Assembly: GCF_016127575.1 (NCBI RefSeq)
Contig: NZ_CP066018.1
Location: 2,130,001 to 2,162,000, forward strand
Length of the DNA: 32,000 nt
Source: Cupriavidus necator
GTDB lineage: Bacteria > Pseudomonadota > Gammaproteobacteria > Burkholderiales > Burkholderiaceae
Direction: 5' to 3'
Part shown: in pieces, positions 9,347 through 20,032 of the stretch
Layout: each line of letters begins with the position of its first letter
Numbering within the stretch: position 1 is the first letter of the stretch
The notes under the pieces: model-generated
The model's database searches: none
What the model was told of the DNA's origin: nothing
The model's input: only the letters and a program-made list of their open reading frames with translations
Program-made: the position numbers and the translations under genes

Positions 9347-9957
9347 ATGCTGCTGTACCTGCACGGATTCCGCTCCTCGCCCCAGTCGTTCAAGGCCCGG
9401 CTGGTGCAGGAGCGCATGCGCGAGTGGGGCGTGGGCCGCTACTACGCCTGCCCCACGCTCAATGTCTCGCCCGAAATGGCCATTGCCCAGGCGCAGGCCG
9501 CGATCCGCGCCGCGCAGGCCGGCGGCGACCAGGAGATCGCCATCGTCGGCTCGTCGCTGGGTGGCTTCTATGCCCGCTGGCTGGGCGAGCGCCATGGCTG
9601 CAGGACCGTGCTGCTCAATCCGGCCATCCATCCCTGGACCGACCTGGAAGCGTACCTGGGCGAGCAGCCGCTGTGGCACGGCGGCGGCTCGGTCACGGTC
9701 GAGCGCCGCCATCTGCAGGAATTGCTGGACCTGCGCGTGGACACCATTACCGATCCCGGACGCTATTACCTGCTCGCCGCCACCGGGGACGAAGTGCTGG
9801 ACTACCGTGAGATGGTCGCGGCCTGCCCGGGCGCAAACATCCGCGTGATCGAGGGCAGCGACCACGGCATCAGCGAATTTGCCGACTACGTCGACGATGT
9901 GCTCGCCTTCTGCGGCTATGGCCCCGGCGGCAAGGTGCCGGCGGGCACAGGCCCGGC

Positions 9958-9961
<4 letters not shown>
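9347..9961 (+). CDS. yqiA: YqiA/YcfP-family alpha/beta-hydrolase esterase
   Basis: Begins [17 protein letters not shown], with nucleophile elbow GSSLGG and TGDEVLDYR. Collinear with E. coli YqiA from memory. ATG is preceded by GGGAAGGA. Confidence 0.85.
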
Positions 9962-11357
<1,396 letters not shown>

Positions 11358-11372
11358 ACTGCGTGGGTGCAC

Positions 11373-11418
11373 GCACCCCGCCGGGGCGCCGGCCCCCGCA
11401 GGCGCCGGAGCGGGGTGC
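11373..11418 (+). terminator. GC-rich stem-loop downstream of the SDR gene (possible terminator, no U-tract)
   Basis: GCACCCCGC (11373-11381) pairs with GCGGGGTGC (11410-11418). An inner GGCGCC/GGCGCC helix is also possible. No T-run follows. Confidence 0.3.
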
Positions 11419-11438
11419 GGTATCATTCCACGTCTCAG

Positions 11439-11454
11439 GCCGTATCGATACGGC
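11439..11454. repeat. Perfect 16-bp palindrome GCCGTATCGATACGGC upstream of the RNB gene
   Basis: Read directly from the sequence and exactly self-complementary. It lies about 155 bp upstream of the 11610 start. Confidence 0.85.
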
Positions 11455-11609
11455 GTGGCCCGCGGCCAGCGATTTGCACGCCGCGCGCCGCACTCGCTTC
11501 CGTTCGCACGCATTTGCGCCCGGTTGCACCATTTCTCCCACAGGACCCGCCCCGGCGCTGCCTCTTGGCGGCCAGACGCGGTTCCGCGCATTTCTGAAAG
11601 TACCGATCG

Positions 11610-13712
11610 ATGCAGTTGCTGTTCGAAGAAGGCGGCGAAATCCGCGCCGGCACCGTGCTGAACCAGCAGGGCGAGGCTTACCAGGTGGAGCTGCCAGCCG
11701 GCAAGCGTACCAAGGTCAAGTCGCGCGACGTGCTGCTGCAGTTCGCGCAGCCGTCGGCAATCGAGCTGGTGCGCCAGACCGGCGACATGATGGCCGAGAT
11801 CGACCTGGACTTCCTGTGGGAATGCGCGCCCGAGGCTGAATTCGGCTTCACCGAGCTGGCCGCCGAGTACTACGGCGCCGAGCCCGGCCCGGTGCAGCAG
11901 GCGGCGCTGGCGATGGCGCTGCACGGCAACCCGGTGTACTTCCGCCGCAAGGGGCGCGGCCGCTACCAGCGCGCGCCCGAAGACCAGCTCAAGGCGGCGC
12001 TGGCCGCGCTCGAGCGCAAGCGCCAGCAGGCGCTGGTGCAGGCCGAGTACGAAGAGCAGCTCAAGGCGCTGACGCTGCCTGAGACCTTCCGCAACAAGGT
12101 GCTGCAGCTGCTGTTCAAGCCGGACAAGAACAGCCTGGAATACAAGGCCATGGACGCCGCCTGCACCGCGCTGGGCATGACCCCGATGCGGCTGATGGTG
12201 GCCGCCGGCGGCGTCGCCAGTGCGCGCGCGCTGCATGAGGCCAAGTTCCTGGCCGAGTGCTTCCCCAAGGGCACGGGCTTTCCGGAAACCGACGTGCCCG
12301 AGCCGCCCGCCGACCTGCCGGTGGCCGACGTGGAGGCATTCTCGATCGACGACGTCACCACCACCGAGATCGACGATGCGCTGTCCGTGACCAGGCTGCC
12401 CGACGGCAAGCTGCGCATCGGCATCCATATCGCCGCGCCCGCGCTGGGCATTCGCCGCAGCGAACCGCTCGATGCGGTCGCGCGCCAGCGGCTGTCCACG
12501 GTCTATTTCCCGGGCGACAAGATCACCATGCTGCCCGACGCCGTGGTGGAGCGCTACACGCTGCAGGAAGGGCGCACGTGCCCGGCGCTGTCGCTGTATG
12601 TGACGGTGGACCCGACCGTGTGGCTGATCACCGGCAGCGAGACCCGCGCCGAGATGGTGCCGATCGCCGCCAACCTGCGCCACAACCTGCTCGACGATGT
12701 CATCACCGAGGCTGCGCTTGCCGCGGGCACCGGCGACTACCCGTTCCGCGACGCGCTGACGCAGCTGTGGCACTTTGCCGGCTACCTGTACGACGAGCGC
12801 CAGAAGGCGCGCCTGGCCAGCGGCCTGCGCCCTGAGACCCACAACCGCGCCGACTTCAATTTCTACCTGGACGACCAGGCCGACGGCAGCCAGCGCGTGC
12901 GCATCGAACAGCGCAAGCGCGGCTCGCCGCTGGACAAGATCGTTGCCGAGCTGATGATCCTGGCCAACAGCACCTGGGGCAAGCTGCTGGCCGACAACGG
13001 CGTGCCGGGCATCTACCGCACGCAGAAGGCGTGGGGCATGCACCGCACCCGCATGCAGACCTACCCGGCACCCCACGAGGGCCTGGGCGTGGCGCAGTAC
13101 GCTTGGAGCACCTCGCCGCTGCGCCGCTATGTCGACCTGGTCAACCAGTGGCAGATCCTGGCGGTGGCCCAGCACGGCGTGACCGCCAAGCTGGTGGCGC
13201 CGTTCAAGCCCAAGGACGCCGACCTGCTGGCCGCGGTGGCGGACTTCGAAGGCACTTACGCCGCCTACGCCGACCACCAGTCGACCATGGAGCGCTACTG
13301 GTGCCTGCGCTGGCTCAAGCAGGAAAAGCGCGAGCGCATGGTGGCCTCGGTGCTCAAGGAAGGCGCGGTGCGCTTTACCGAGATCCCGCTGGTCACGCGC
13401 GTGCCCGAACTGGTGCAGGCGCAGCGCGGCACGCAGGTGCTGCTGGAGATCGGCGAGACCGACGAGATCACGCTGGAAGTGTCGTGCCGGGTGCTGGAGA
13501 TCTTCGCCGGTGAAGGCGAAGTGCCCGAGGAAGAGCTGGAAAGCGACGAGGAAGCCGCGGAGCTGTCCGCCGAAGCCGCTGCCGACGCGGCCGCCGAGGA
13601 AGCGGCCGAGCAGGCCGCCGGGGTCTCGGACGAAGCCCCGGCCGAAGCGGGCGACGACGATGCCGGCGCGGCGTCGGGCGAGCGCGACACCGGCACCCCG
13701 GCGGTCGGCTGA
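11610..13712 (+). CDS. RNB-domain exoribonuclease (RNase II/R family) with an acidic C-terminal tail
   Basis: 700-aa ORF with the RNB catalytic motif FSIDDVTTTEIDDALSV and later SPLRRYVDLVNQ. The C-terminal roughly 65 aa are Glu/Asp/Ala-rich. Confidence 0.88.
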   Translation: MQLLFEEGGEIRAGTVLNQQGEAYQVELPAGKRTKVKSRDVLLQFAQPSAIELVRQTGDMMAEIDLDFLWECAPEAEFGFTELAAEYYGAEPGPVQQAALAMALHGNPVYFRRKGRGRYQRAPEDQLKAALAALERKRQQALVQAEYEEQLKALTLPETFRNKVLQLLFKPDKNSLEYKAMDAACTALGMTPMRLMVAAGGVASARALHEAKFLAECFPKGTGFPETDVPEPPADLPVADVEAFSIDDVTTTEIDDALSVTRLPDGKLRIGIHIAAPALGIRRSEPLDAVARQRLSTVYFPGDKITMLPDAVVERYTLQEGRTCPALSLYVTVDPTVWLITGSETRAEMVPIAANLRHNLLDDVITEAALAAGTGDYPFRDALTQLWHFAGYLYDERQKARLASGLRPETHNRADFNFYLDDQADGSQRVRIEQRKRGSPLDKIVAELMILANSTWGKLLADNGVPGIYRTQKAWGMHRTRMQTYPAPHEGLGVAQYAWSTSPLRRYVDLVNQWQILAVAQHGVTAKLVAPFKPKDADLLAAVADFEGTYAAYADHQSTMERYWCLRWLKQEKRERMVASVLKEGAVRFTEIPLVTRVPELVQAQRGTQVLLEIGETDEITLEVSCRVLEIFAGEGEVPEEELESDEEAAELSAEAAADAAAEEAAEQAAGVSDEAPAEAGDDDAGAASGERDTGTPAVG

Positions 13713-13842
13713 AGCCTTCGGAAATCGGCGGCGCTCACTTACAATGCCTGTCTGATCCGGGGTCCGCGGCCCCGGTCTTGCCAGGCCGCCGGCCCGGACC
13801 GGTTCGGGCCGCCGCCCACCCTTCAGCCACCCTCCATCCATC

Positions 13843-14775
13843 GTGAACGCCACACTCGCCGCTCCCCGCCACTGGTGGCATGCCAGGTGGCACAACAGCA
13901 GTACGCTGGCCAAGGCGCTGGCCATTTCCGTGGCCGTGCACGTGCTGCTGCTGATGGTGCGGGTGGCCGCGCCCGAGGTGTTCGAGATCAAGCGCAGCGA
14001 TGCCGCGCTGGACGTGGTGCTGGTCAATGCCAAGTCGGCGCAGAAGCCGCGCAACCCGACCGCGCTGGCGCAAGCCAACCTGGACGGCGGCGGCGACCAT
14101 GACCTGCAGCGCGCCACCACGCCGCTGCCCGCGCAGACCCAGACGCAGGAAGGCGACCTGGTGCGCCAGGTGCAGCGCCGCGTCGAGCAGCTGGAACAGG
14201 AGCAGCAACGCCTGCTGACCCAGTCGCGCGAGGCCGCGCCGTCGGTGCGCAACCAGCCGCTCAAGCCCGGCGAGAAGCGCCAGGACACCCCGCAGCGCGG
14301 CCAGGACGAGCGCACCTCGACCGACGAGATGGCCAGGCTGGAGGCCGAGATCGGCCGCAACCTGGACCACTACGCCAAGCGACCCAAGCGCTTCCAGCTG
14401 ACCGCCACCAGTGCCCAGGCGGTCGACTATGCGCAGTACTACGACCGCCTGCGCCACAAGATCGAGGCGCGCGGCACCACTGACTTCCCGCAACGCAACG
14501 GCAAGCCGCTGTACGGCCAGCTGATCCTGGTGATCAACGTCAACCGGCTCGGCAAGCTCGGCTACAACCGCGACGGCTACAACGTCGACGCCATCGACGT
14601 GGTCAAGAGCTCGGGCGATCCCGCGCTGGACCGCCAGGCCGTGGCGATCGTGCGCGCGGCCGCGCCGTTCGGCCCCTTTACCGCCGAGATGGCGTCGCGC
14701 CAGGACATCCTCGAAGTCATTTCCACTTTCAAGTTTTCGCGCAGCGGGCTGGAAACCCGCTTGCAGGCACGCTGA
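13843..14775 (+). CDS. TonB C-terminal-domain protein (energy-transducer TonB-like)
   Basis: GTG start. It has an N-terminal hydrophobic helix (LAKALAISVAVHVLLLMV), a Q/E/R-rich central segment and a C-terminal TonB-like segment (VVKSSGDPALDRQAVAIVRAAAPFGPF). Confidence 0.7.
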   Translation: MNATLAAPRHWWHARWHNSSTLAKALAISVAVHVLLLMVRVAAPEVFEIKRSDAALDVVLVNAKSAQKPRNPTALAQANLDGGGDHDLQRATTPLPAQTQTQEGDLVRQVQRRVEQLEQEQQRLLTQSREAAPSVRNQPLKPGEKRQDTPQRGQDERTSTDEMARLEAEIGRNLDHYAKRPKRFQLTATSAQAVDYAQYYDRLRHKIEARGTTDFPQRNGKPLYGQLILVINVNRLGKLGYNRDGYNVDAIDVVKSSGDPALDRQAVAIVRAAAPFGPFTAEMASRQDILEVISTFKFSRSGLETRLQAR

Positions 14776-15662
14776 TGACATCCACTGATTCTTCCCAAGC
14801 TACTTCCGACCGCTATGTGGTGATCGGCAACCCGGTTGCGCACAGCCGTTCGCCGGCGATCCACGCCGCCTTTGCGCGCCAGACCGGCGAAGCCGTGCAG
14901 TACGACCGCCTGGAGGCGCCGCTGGACGGGTTTGCCGATGCCGTGCGCCAGTTCTTTGCCGAGGGCGGCTACGGCTGCAACGTGACGGTGCCGTTCAAGC
15001 TGGAGGCCTATGACCTGGCCGACCGCCTGACCGAGCGCGCCGAGGCTGCCGGCGCGGTCAACACGCTGTGGATCGAAGAGGGCCTGATCCACGGCGACAA
15101 CACCGACGGCATCGGCCTGGTGCGCGATATCCAGGACAACCTCGACACGCTGATCGAAGGCAAGCGCGTGCTGCTGCTGGGCGCCGGCGGCGCCGCCATG
15201 GGCGCGATGCTGCCGCTGATCGAATGCCGGCCGTCGCGCATCGTGGTGGCCAACCGCACCGCGTCGCGCGCGAGCGACATGCTGGAAGAGTTTGTCGAAG
15301 CCGCCGACCAGTATGGCGTGGAGCTGTGGGGCGGCGGGCTCGATGCGCTCGACGGGCTGTCCGAGGACGAAGCCGTCGACGTGGTGATCAACGCGTCGTC
15401 CAGCAGCCTGCATGGCGAAGTGCCGCCGGTGCCCGAGTTCCTGCTGGGCGAAGGCGTGCTGGCCTACGACATGATGTACGGCGCCGAGCCCACGGTGTTC
15501 CTGCAGTTCGCCGCGCGCTGTGGCGCGCGCACCAGCGACGGCCTGGGCATGCTGGTCGAACAGGCGGCTGAAGCGTTCTACATCTGGCGCGGCGTGCGCC
15601 CCCGCACCGCCCCTGTGCTGGCCGAGCTGCGCGCCGCGCTGCAGGCCGAACGCAAGGGCTGA
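14775..15662 (+). CDS. aroE: Shikimate dehydrogenase
   Basis: Contains [33 protein letters not shown] and LLLGAGGAA motifs. The ATG overlaps the preceding stop by 1 nt (TGATG). Confidence 0.94.
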   Translation: MTSTDSSQATSDRYVVIGNPVAHSRSPAIHAAFARQTGEAVQYDRLEAPLDGFADAVRQFFAEGGYGCNVTVPFKLEAYDLADRLTERAEAAGAVNTLWIEEGLIHGDNTDGIGLVRDIQDNLDTLIEGKRVLLLGAGGAAMGAMLPLIECRPSRIVVANRTASRASDMLEEFVEAADQYGVELWGGGLDALDGLSEDEAVDVVINASSSSLHGEVPPVPEFLLGEGVLAYDMMYGAEPTVFLQFAARCGARTSDGLGMLVEQAAEAFYIWRGVRPRTAPVLAELRAALQAERKG

Positions 15663-15679
15663 CCGGGGCGCCGCCAGCC

Positions 15680-16450
15680 GTGGCCAACCGCAACCGCGCA
15701 GCCAGCGCCAGCCGCGGCGCAGCCCCCGCACGCACGGTGTTCAACCCGGTCCGCTGGCTCGGCTACCTGCTGGGCTGCGTGGCGGCGGGCGTGGTGGCGA
15801 TGCAGCTGTACTTCTTCATGCAGATCGCAAGCTGGCAATACATCAATCCTACGACGACCACGTTCATGCGCGCCGAGCGCTGGCGCCTGTGCGGCATCAA
15901 CGTCTGGAACTGCGGCATCGACCGGCAATGGGTGCCGTACGACCGCATCTCGCGCAACCTCAAGCGCGCGGTGATCGCCAGCGAGGACGCCGACTTCGTC
16001 AACCATCCGGGCTATGAGCTGGATGCCATGCTCGATGCCTGGGAGCGCAACAAGAAGCGCGGGCGCATCGTGCGCGGCGGTTCCACCATCACGCAGCAGC
16101 TGGCCAAGAACCTGTTCCTGTCGTCCGAGCAGCACTACCTGCGCAAGGGCCAGGAGCTGGCCATCACGTGGATGCTCGAGTTCTGGCTGGACAAGCAGCG
16201 CATCTACGAGATCTACCTGAATTCGGTGGAGTGGGGCGAGGGCGTGTTCGGCGCGCAGGCCGCGGCGCAGCACTACTTCCGCACCAGCGCCGACAAGCTC
16301 AGCGTGGGCCAGTCCGCGCGCCTGGCCGCGGCGCTGCCGGCGCCCAAGTGCTTCGACAAGAAGGAATACTGCGCCAACGTGCGCGTGAATTTCCGCGCCA
16401 AGGCGGGGATCATCGCGCGGCGGATGGGGGCAGCCACGCTGCCCGACTGA
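15680..16450 (+). CDS. mtgA: Monofunctional biosynthetic peptidoglycan transglycosylase
   Basis: GT51 motifs [22 protein letters not shown] and RKGQE, plus an N-terminal TM helix. The GTG start at 15680 is uncertain. Confidence 0.9.
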   Translation: MANRNRAASASRGAAPARTVFNPVRWLGYLLGCVAAGVVAMQLYFFMQIASWQYINPTTTTFMRAERWRLCGINVWNCGIDRQWVPYDRISRNLKRAVIASEDADFVNHPGYELDAMLDAWERNKKRGRIVRGGSTITQQLAKNLFLSSEQHYLRKGQELAITWMLEFWLDKQRIYEIYLNSVEWGEGVFGAQAAAQHYFRTSADKLSVGQSARLAAALPAPKCFDKKEYCANVRVNFRAKAGIIARRMGAATLPD

Positions 16451-16453
16451 GGG

Positions 16454-16490
16454 CTTGCTCCCCTCTCCCACTTGTGGGAGAGGGAGCAAG
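16454..16490. repeat. REP-like GC-rich palindromic hairpin between convergent mtgA and corA
   Basis: CTTGCTCCCCTCTCCCAC (16454-16471) is complementary to GTGGGAGAGGGAGCAAG (16474-16490) with a one-nucleotide bulge. There is no flanking T-tract. Confidence 0.7.
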
Positions 16491-16510
16491 GCAGCGGCAG
16501 ATTCAGCGCC

Positions 16511-17476
16511 TCAGCTCAGCCACCCCTTCCTGCGGAAATACACCAGCGGAATCGCCGCCGACACGGCCATCAGCGCAATCGCCCACGGATAGCCCGCGCC
16601 CCAGTCCAGCTCCGGCATGAACTTGAAGTTCATGCCGTAGATGCTGGCGATCAGCGTGGGCGGCATCAGCGCCACCGACACCACCGAGAACAGTTTGATG
16701 ATCTTGTTCTGGTTGATGTTGATGAAACCGACGGTCGCGTCCATCAGGAAGTTGATCTTGTCGAACAGGAACGCGGTGTGGTTCTCGATCGAGTCGATGT
16801 CGCGCAGGATCTGGCGGGCCTCGTCCTGCTGCTCGGCCGACAGCAGCTGGCTGCGCATCAGGAAGGACACCGCGCGGCGCGTGTCCATCACGTTGCGGCG
16901 GATGCGCCCGTTCAAGTCTTCCTCGCGGGCGATGGTTTCCAGCACGTCGGCCGCGGCGGCATCGGTCACGTTCTCGGCCAGCACGCGGCGGCTCGCTTCT
17001 TCGAGCCGCTCGTAGATTTCCTCGATCGAGTCGGCGGAATACTCGGCGTCGGTCGCGTACAGGTCCATCAGCACGTCCTTGGCATTGCGCACCGAGCCCG
17101 GGCGCATGCGTGCGCGCAGCCGCACCAGCCGGAACACCGGCAGGTCTTCGTCGTGGATGGAGAACAGCACGTCGCGCGTCAGCACGAAAGCCACGCGCAC
17201 GTTGCGCGACAAGGCCTCTTCCTCGTCCAGCAGGAAGTCGGTGCGGATATGGATATTCTCGTCCTCGCCCTCGAAATATCGCGCGGACGCTTCCAGGTCG
17301 CCCAGGTCTTCCAGTTCGGGAAGGGCGACGCCATAGGCTTCCTTGATCCAGTTCAGTTCCTCGTCGTCGGGATTGACGACATCGATCCAGATCGGCTTGT
17401 GCTGCAGCAGCTCATTGCGCTCGTCGACCTGCTCCTGGGCAAGCCGGCCTTTCTGCAGGACGAACAGGTTGATCAT
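16511..17476 (-). CDS. corA: Magnesium/cobalt transporter CorA
   Basis: 321 aa with the YGMNF signature followed by a second C-terminal TM helix. The N-terminal cytoplasmic domain is acidic. Confidence 0.94.
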   Translation of the reverse strand: MINLFVLQKGRLAQEQVDERNELLQHKPIWIDVVNPDDEELNWIKEAYGVALPELEDLGDLEASARYFEGEDENIHIRTDFLLDEEEALSRNVRVAFVLTRDVLFSIHDEDLPVFRLVRLRARMRPGSVRNAKDVLMDLYATDAEYSADSIEEIYERLEEASRRVLAENVTDAAAADVLETIAREEDLNGRIRRNVMDTRRAVSFLMRSQLLSAEQQDEARQILRDIDSIENHTAFLFDKINFLMDATVGFININQNKIIKLFSVVSVALMPPTLIASIYGMNFKFMPELDWGAGYPWAIALMAVSAAIPLVYFRRKGWLS

Positions 17477-18050
17477 CCCCGGGATTCCTTATTGCTGATT
17501 GCGACGAAAAACAAAGACAAGCGCGAAGACAAGCGCAGGCGGCTCGCCGCATTCCCAGGTAGTCCGTCATGCCCTGCATGGCCTGGCGAGACGCCGGAAG
17601 GCGCCCTGCCAGGGCCGGGCCACGGGCAAGCGTGATCGCGCTGTACCGCGGCTGCCGTTCGGCACGGCGGTACAAGGCGATGGCGTTTGCCTGGGTTGGC
17701 TGGCTAGCCGGGAGAGGGAAGATCCGCACGCGATGCGGCGCGCATGGATGGCGCCGCCGGTGGCACGGAAAGACACTCGCCCGCAGTGTTCTGCTGCGGG
17801 CGAGGCCGACGAGGCGCGGAGCCGGGTGCTCCGGGCGGGTCGTCGTTACGCAGCCCGCAGTGACATGGCATTCGCAGAGGTCGCAGCGCTGCTGCGGCAA
17901 CTCGAACACCCGATGCTACTGCCCACGTAATTTCTCCGGGATTGTGATGGCCGCGAGTGTAGCCCAACGTAGGGTGGCTTGTTAAGTGAAATCTCCGCGC
18001 ACGCGGCCCGCTGTTGCCCGCTCACGACCGGCGGCGCGCCCACCCGGCGA

Positions 18051-18950
18051 TCAGCCCGGCGCGCCCTGCAACCGGCGCCAAAGCAGCGGCGCCAGCATCA
18101 CCGAGGACAGCGCCAGGAACATCAGCACGATCGCGGCGTAGTCCTGCCAGTGCGGCTGCTCGCCCAGCATCCACATGCCCGAGAACACGCCGACCACCGG
18201 AATGAACATGATCGACAGGCTCGACACCACCGGCGGCAGGCTGCGCGCCAGCCCGAACCAGACCAGGTGGCAGAAGGCGAAGACCACCACCGCGTTGTAG
18301 GCGATGGCGCCCCATTCGACGGCGGTGGGCATGCGCCAGCCGTCTTCCAGCAGCAGCGAGCCGACCGCCAGGAAGGGCAGGGTCACGGCCAGCATCCAGA
18401 ACGTCATGGCGCCGATGGGCACGTCGGTCGGGGTGCGTTTTATCAATTGGGTGCCGAAGCCCCAGCCGGCCGCGGCCAGCAGCATCAGCAGCGTGCCGGC
18501 CGGGCTGCCGGTCAGCGCGGCGAGCTCGCCGGAAAGCAGCAGCACCGTGCCGGCCAGCGCGCAGCCGATGCCCAGCCAGGCCCAGGCGCCGATGCGCTCG
18601 CGGAAGAACACCAGGCCCCAGACCACTGCCCAGATCGGCATGGTGTAGCCCAGGATGGCGGCCCGGCCCGAGGACAGCATCTTGACCGCGCAGATCGCAA
18701 ACAGGTGCCAGACCACCATGTTGGGAATGGCCAGGCGGACCACCGTGCCCCATTCGCGCCGCGGCAGGGCCAGGGAATCGCCGCGCAGCCGCAACGCCAG
18801 CCCCAGCGCCACCAGCCCGCCCGCCATGCACAGCAGGCGGAAGCCCAGTGCCGGAAAGTGCGCTACGCCTACCTTCATGATGGGCCAGTTGATGCCCCAG
18901 GCAAGCGTGAGCACGACAAGCAGGAAGATACCGCGGCGATCGAGAGACAT
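18051..18950 (-). CDS. DMT-superfamily EamA-type transporter
   Basis: About 10 hydrophobic helices forming two EamA-like halves. The start is taken at ATG 18950 (MSLDRRGIFLLVVLTLAWGINWP), not the ORF-track start 19013. Confidence 0.85.
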   Translation of the reverse strand: MSLDRRGIFLLVVLTLAWGINWPIMKVGVAHFPALGFRLLCMAGGLVALGLALRLRGDSLALPRREWGTVVRLAIPNMVVWHLFAICAVKMLSSGRAAILGYTMPIWAVVWGLVFFRERIGAWAWLGIGCALAGTVLLLSGELAALTGSPAGTLLMLLAAAGWGFGTQLIKRTPTDVPIGAMTFWMLAVTLPFLAVGSLLLEDGWRMPTAVEWGAIAYNAVVVFAFCHLVWFGLARSLPPVVSSLSIMFIPVVGVFSGMWMLGEQPHWQDYAAIVLMFLALSSVMLAPLLWRRLQGAPG

Positions 18951-19136
18951 GACGGGACGCGGCTGTGCGTCATGCCGCGCTTTGTTTTGAGAGGAAGCGC
19001 AAAACCATAGCACGTAGCGGGTAAAATTGCCGGAAGCGACATATGCTGCAGGGATGAAAGGTTTTCACGCCGCTGTGGCCAACCGCGCCGGCCGGGCCAA
19101 TGGGGCGCCGGCGCCACCAGGATATTCCGAGTACCC

Positions 19137-19955
19137 ATGACTTTCACCGAGCAGCTTGCTGCCGCCTGGCAGCGCAACGATTCCCTCCTGTGCGTCGGGC
19201 TCGATCCTGACCCGCAGAAGCTGCCGCTGTCCCTGACCGGGGCGGGCGGCGCCATCTTTTCGTTCTGCCGCGAGATCGTTGACGCCACCGCCGACCTGGT
19301 CTGCGCCTTCAAGCCGCAGATTGCGTACTTCCACTCGCAGCGCGCCGAAGACCAGCTCGAGCAGCTGATCCACTATATCCACGATGCCCACCCCGGTATC
19401 CCGGTGATCCTGGACGCCAAGCGCGGCGACATCGGCTCGACCGCCGAGCACTACGCGCTGGAGGCCTTCGAGCGCTACCATGCCGACGCGGTCACGGTCA
19501 GCCCGTACATGGGCTTCGATTCGATGCAGCCGTACCTGGCCTATCCGGATCGCGGCGTGATCGTGTTGTGCCGCACCTCCAACCCGGGCGGCTCGGACGT
19601 GCAGTTCCTGCAGGTTGACGGCAAGCCGCTGTACCAGCTGGTGGCCGAGGCCGCGCGCGAGCGCTGGAACACCACCGGCCAGATGGGCCTGGTGGTCGGC
19701 GCAACCTTCCCCAACGAGATCGCGCGGGTGCGCCAGATCGTCGGCGACATGCCGCTGCTGATCCCGGGCATCGGCGCCCAGGGTGGCGACATCGAGGCCA
19801 CGGTCAAGGCGGGGCGCACCGCGGACGGCACCGGCATGATGATCAACTCGTCGCGCGCCATCCTCTACGCCAGCCGCGAGAAGGATTTTGCGGCGGCGGC
19901 GCGCAATGTCGCGCTGCAGACGCGGGAGACCATCAATCGCTATCGCCACGGCTGA
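19137..19955 (+). CDS. pyrF: Orotidine 5'-phosphate decarboxylase (type 2)
   Basis: 272 aa with [17 protein letters not shown] and PGIGAQGG motifs. Confidence 0.94.
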   Translation: MTFTEQLAAAWQRNDSLLCVGLDPDPQKLPLSLTGAGGAIFSFCREIVDATADLVCAFKPQIAYFHSQRAEDQLEQLIHYIHDAHPGIPVILDAKRGDIGSTAEHYALEAFERYHADAVTVSPYMGFDSMQPYLAYPDRGVIVLCRTSNPGGSDVQFLQVDGKPLYQLVAEAARERWNTTGQMGLVVGATFPNEIARVRQIVGDMPLLIPGIGAQGGDIEATVKAGRTADGTGMMINSSRAILYASREKDFAAAARNVALQTRETINRYRHG

Positions 19956-19972
19956 AACCGGGCGTAGACAAT

Positions 19973-20004
19973 AAAAAACCGCGCCAGAAACGGCGCGGTT
20001 TTTT
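19973..20004. terminator. Bidirectional intrinsic terminator between convergent pyrF and pncC
   Basis: AAAAAACCGCGCC-AGAAAC-GGCGCGGTTTTTT. The stem pairs 19978-19985 with 19992-19999, flanked by an A-run on the left and a T-run on the right. Confidence 0.9.
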
Positions 20005-20032
20005 ATTGGGCGGAGGTTGCTGGGCGCCGGCC

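Noticed and set aside
7166-9865. 899-aa minus-strand ORF
   Set aside because: It is antisense to mpl and yqiA, which have clear family motifs. Its composition is typical of a GC-rich shadow frame and it has no recognisable domain.
17412-17985. Three overlapping ORFs (165, 143 and 138 aa) in the corA upstream interval
   Set aside because: They are mutually overlapping in different frames and strands, are Arg/Cys/Pro/Ala-rich, and lack convincing ribosome-binding sites and domain features. One overlaps the corA start. I treat the interval as non-coding.
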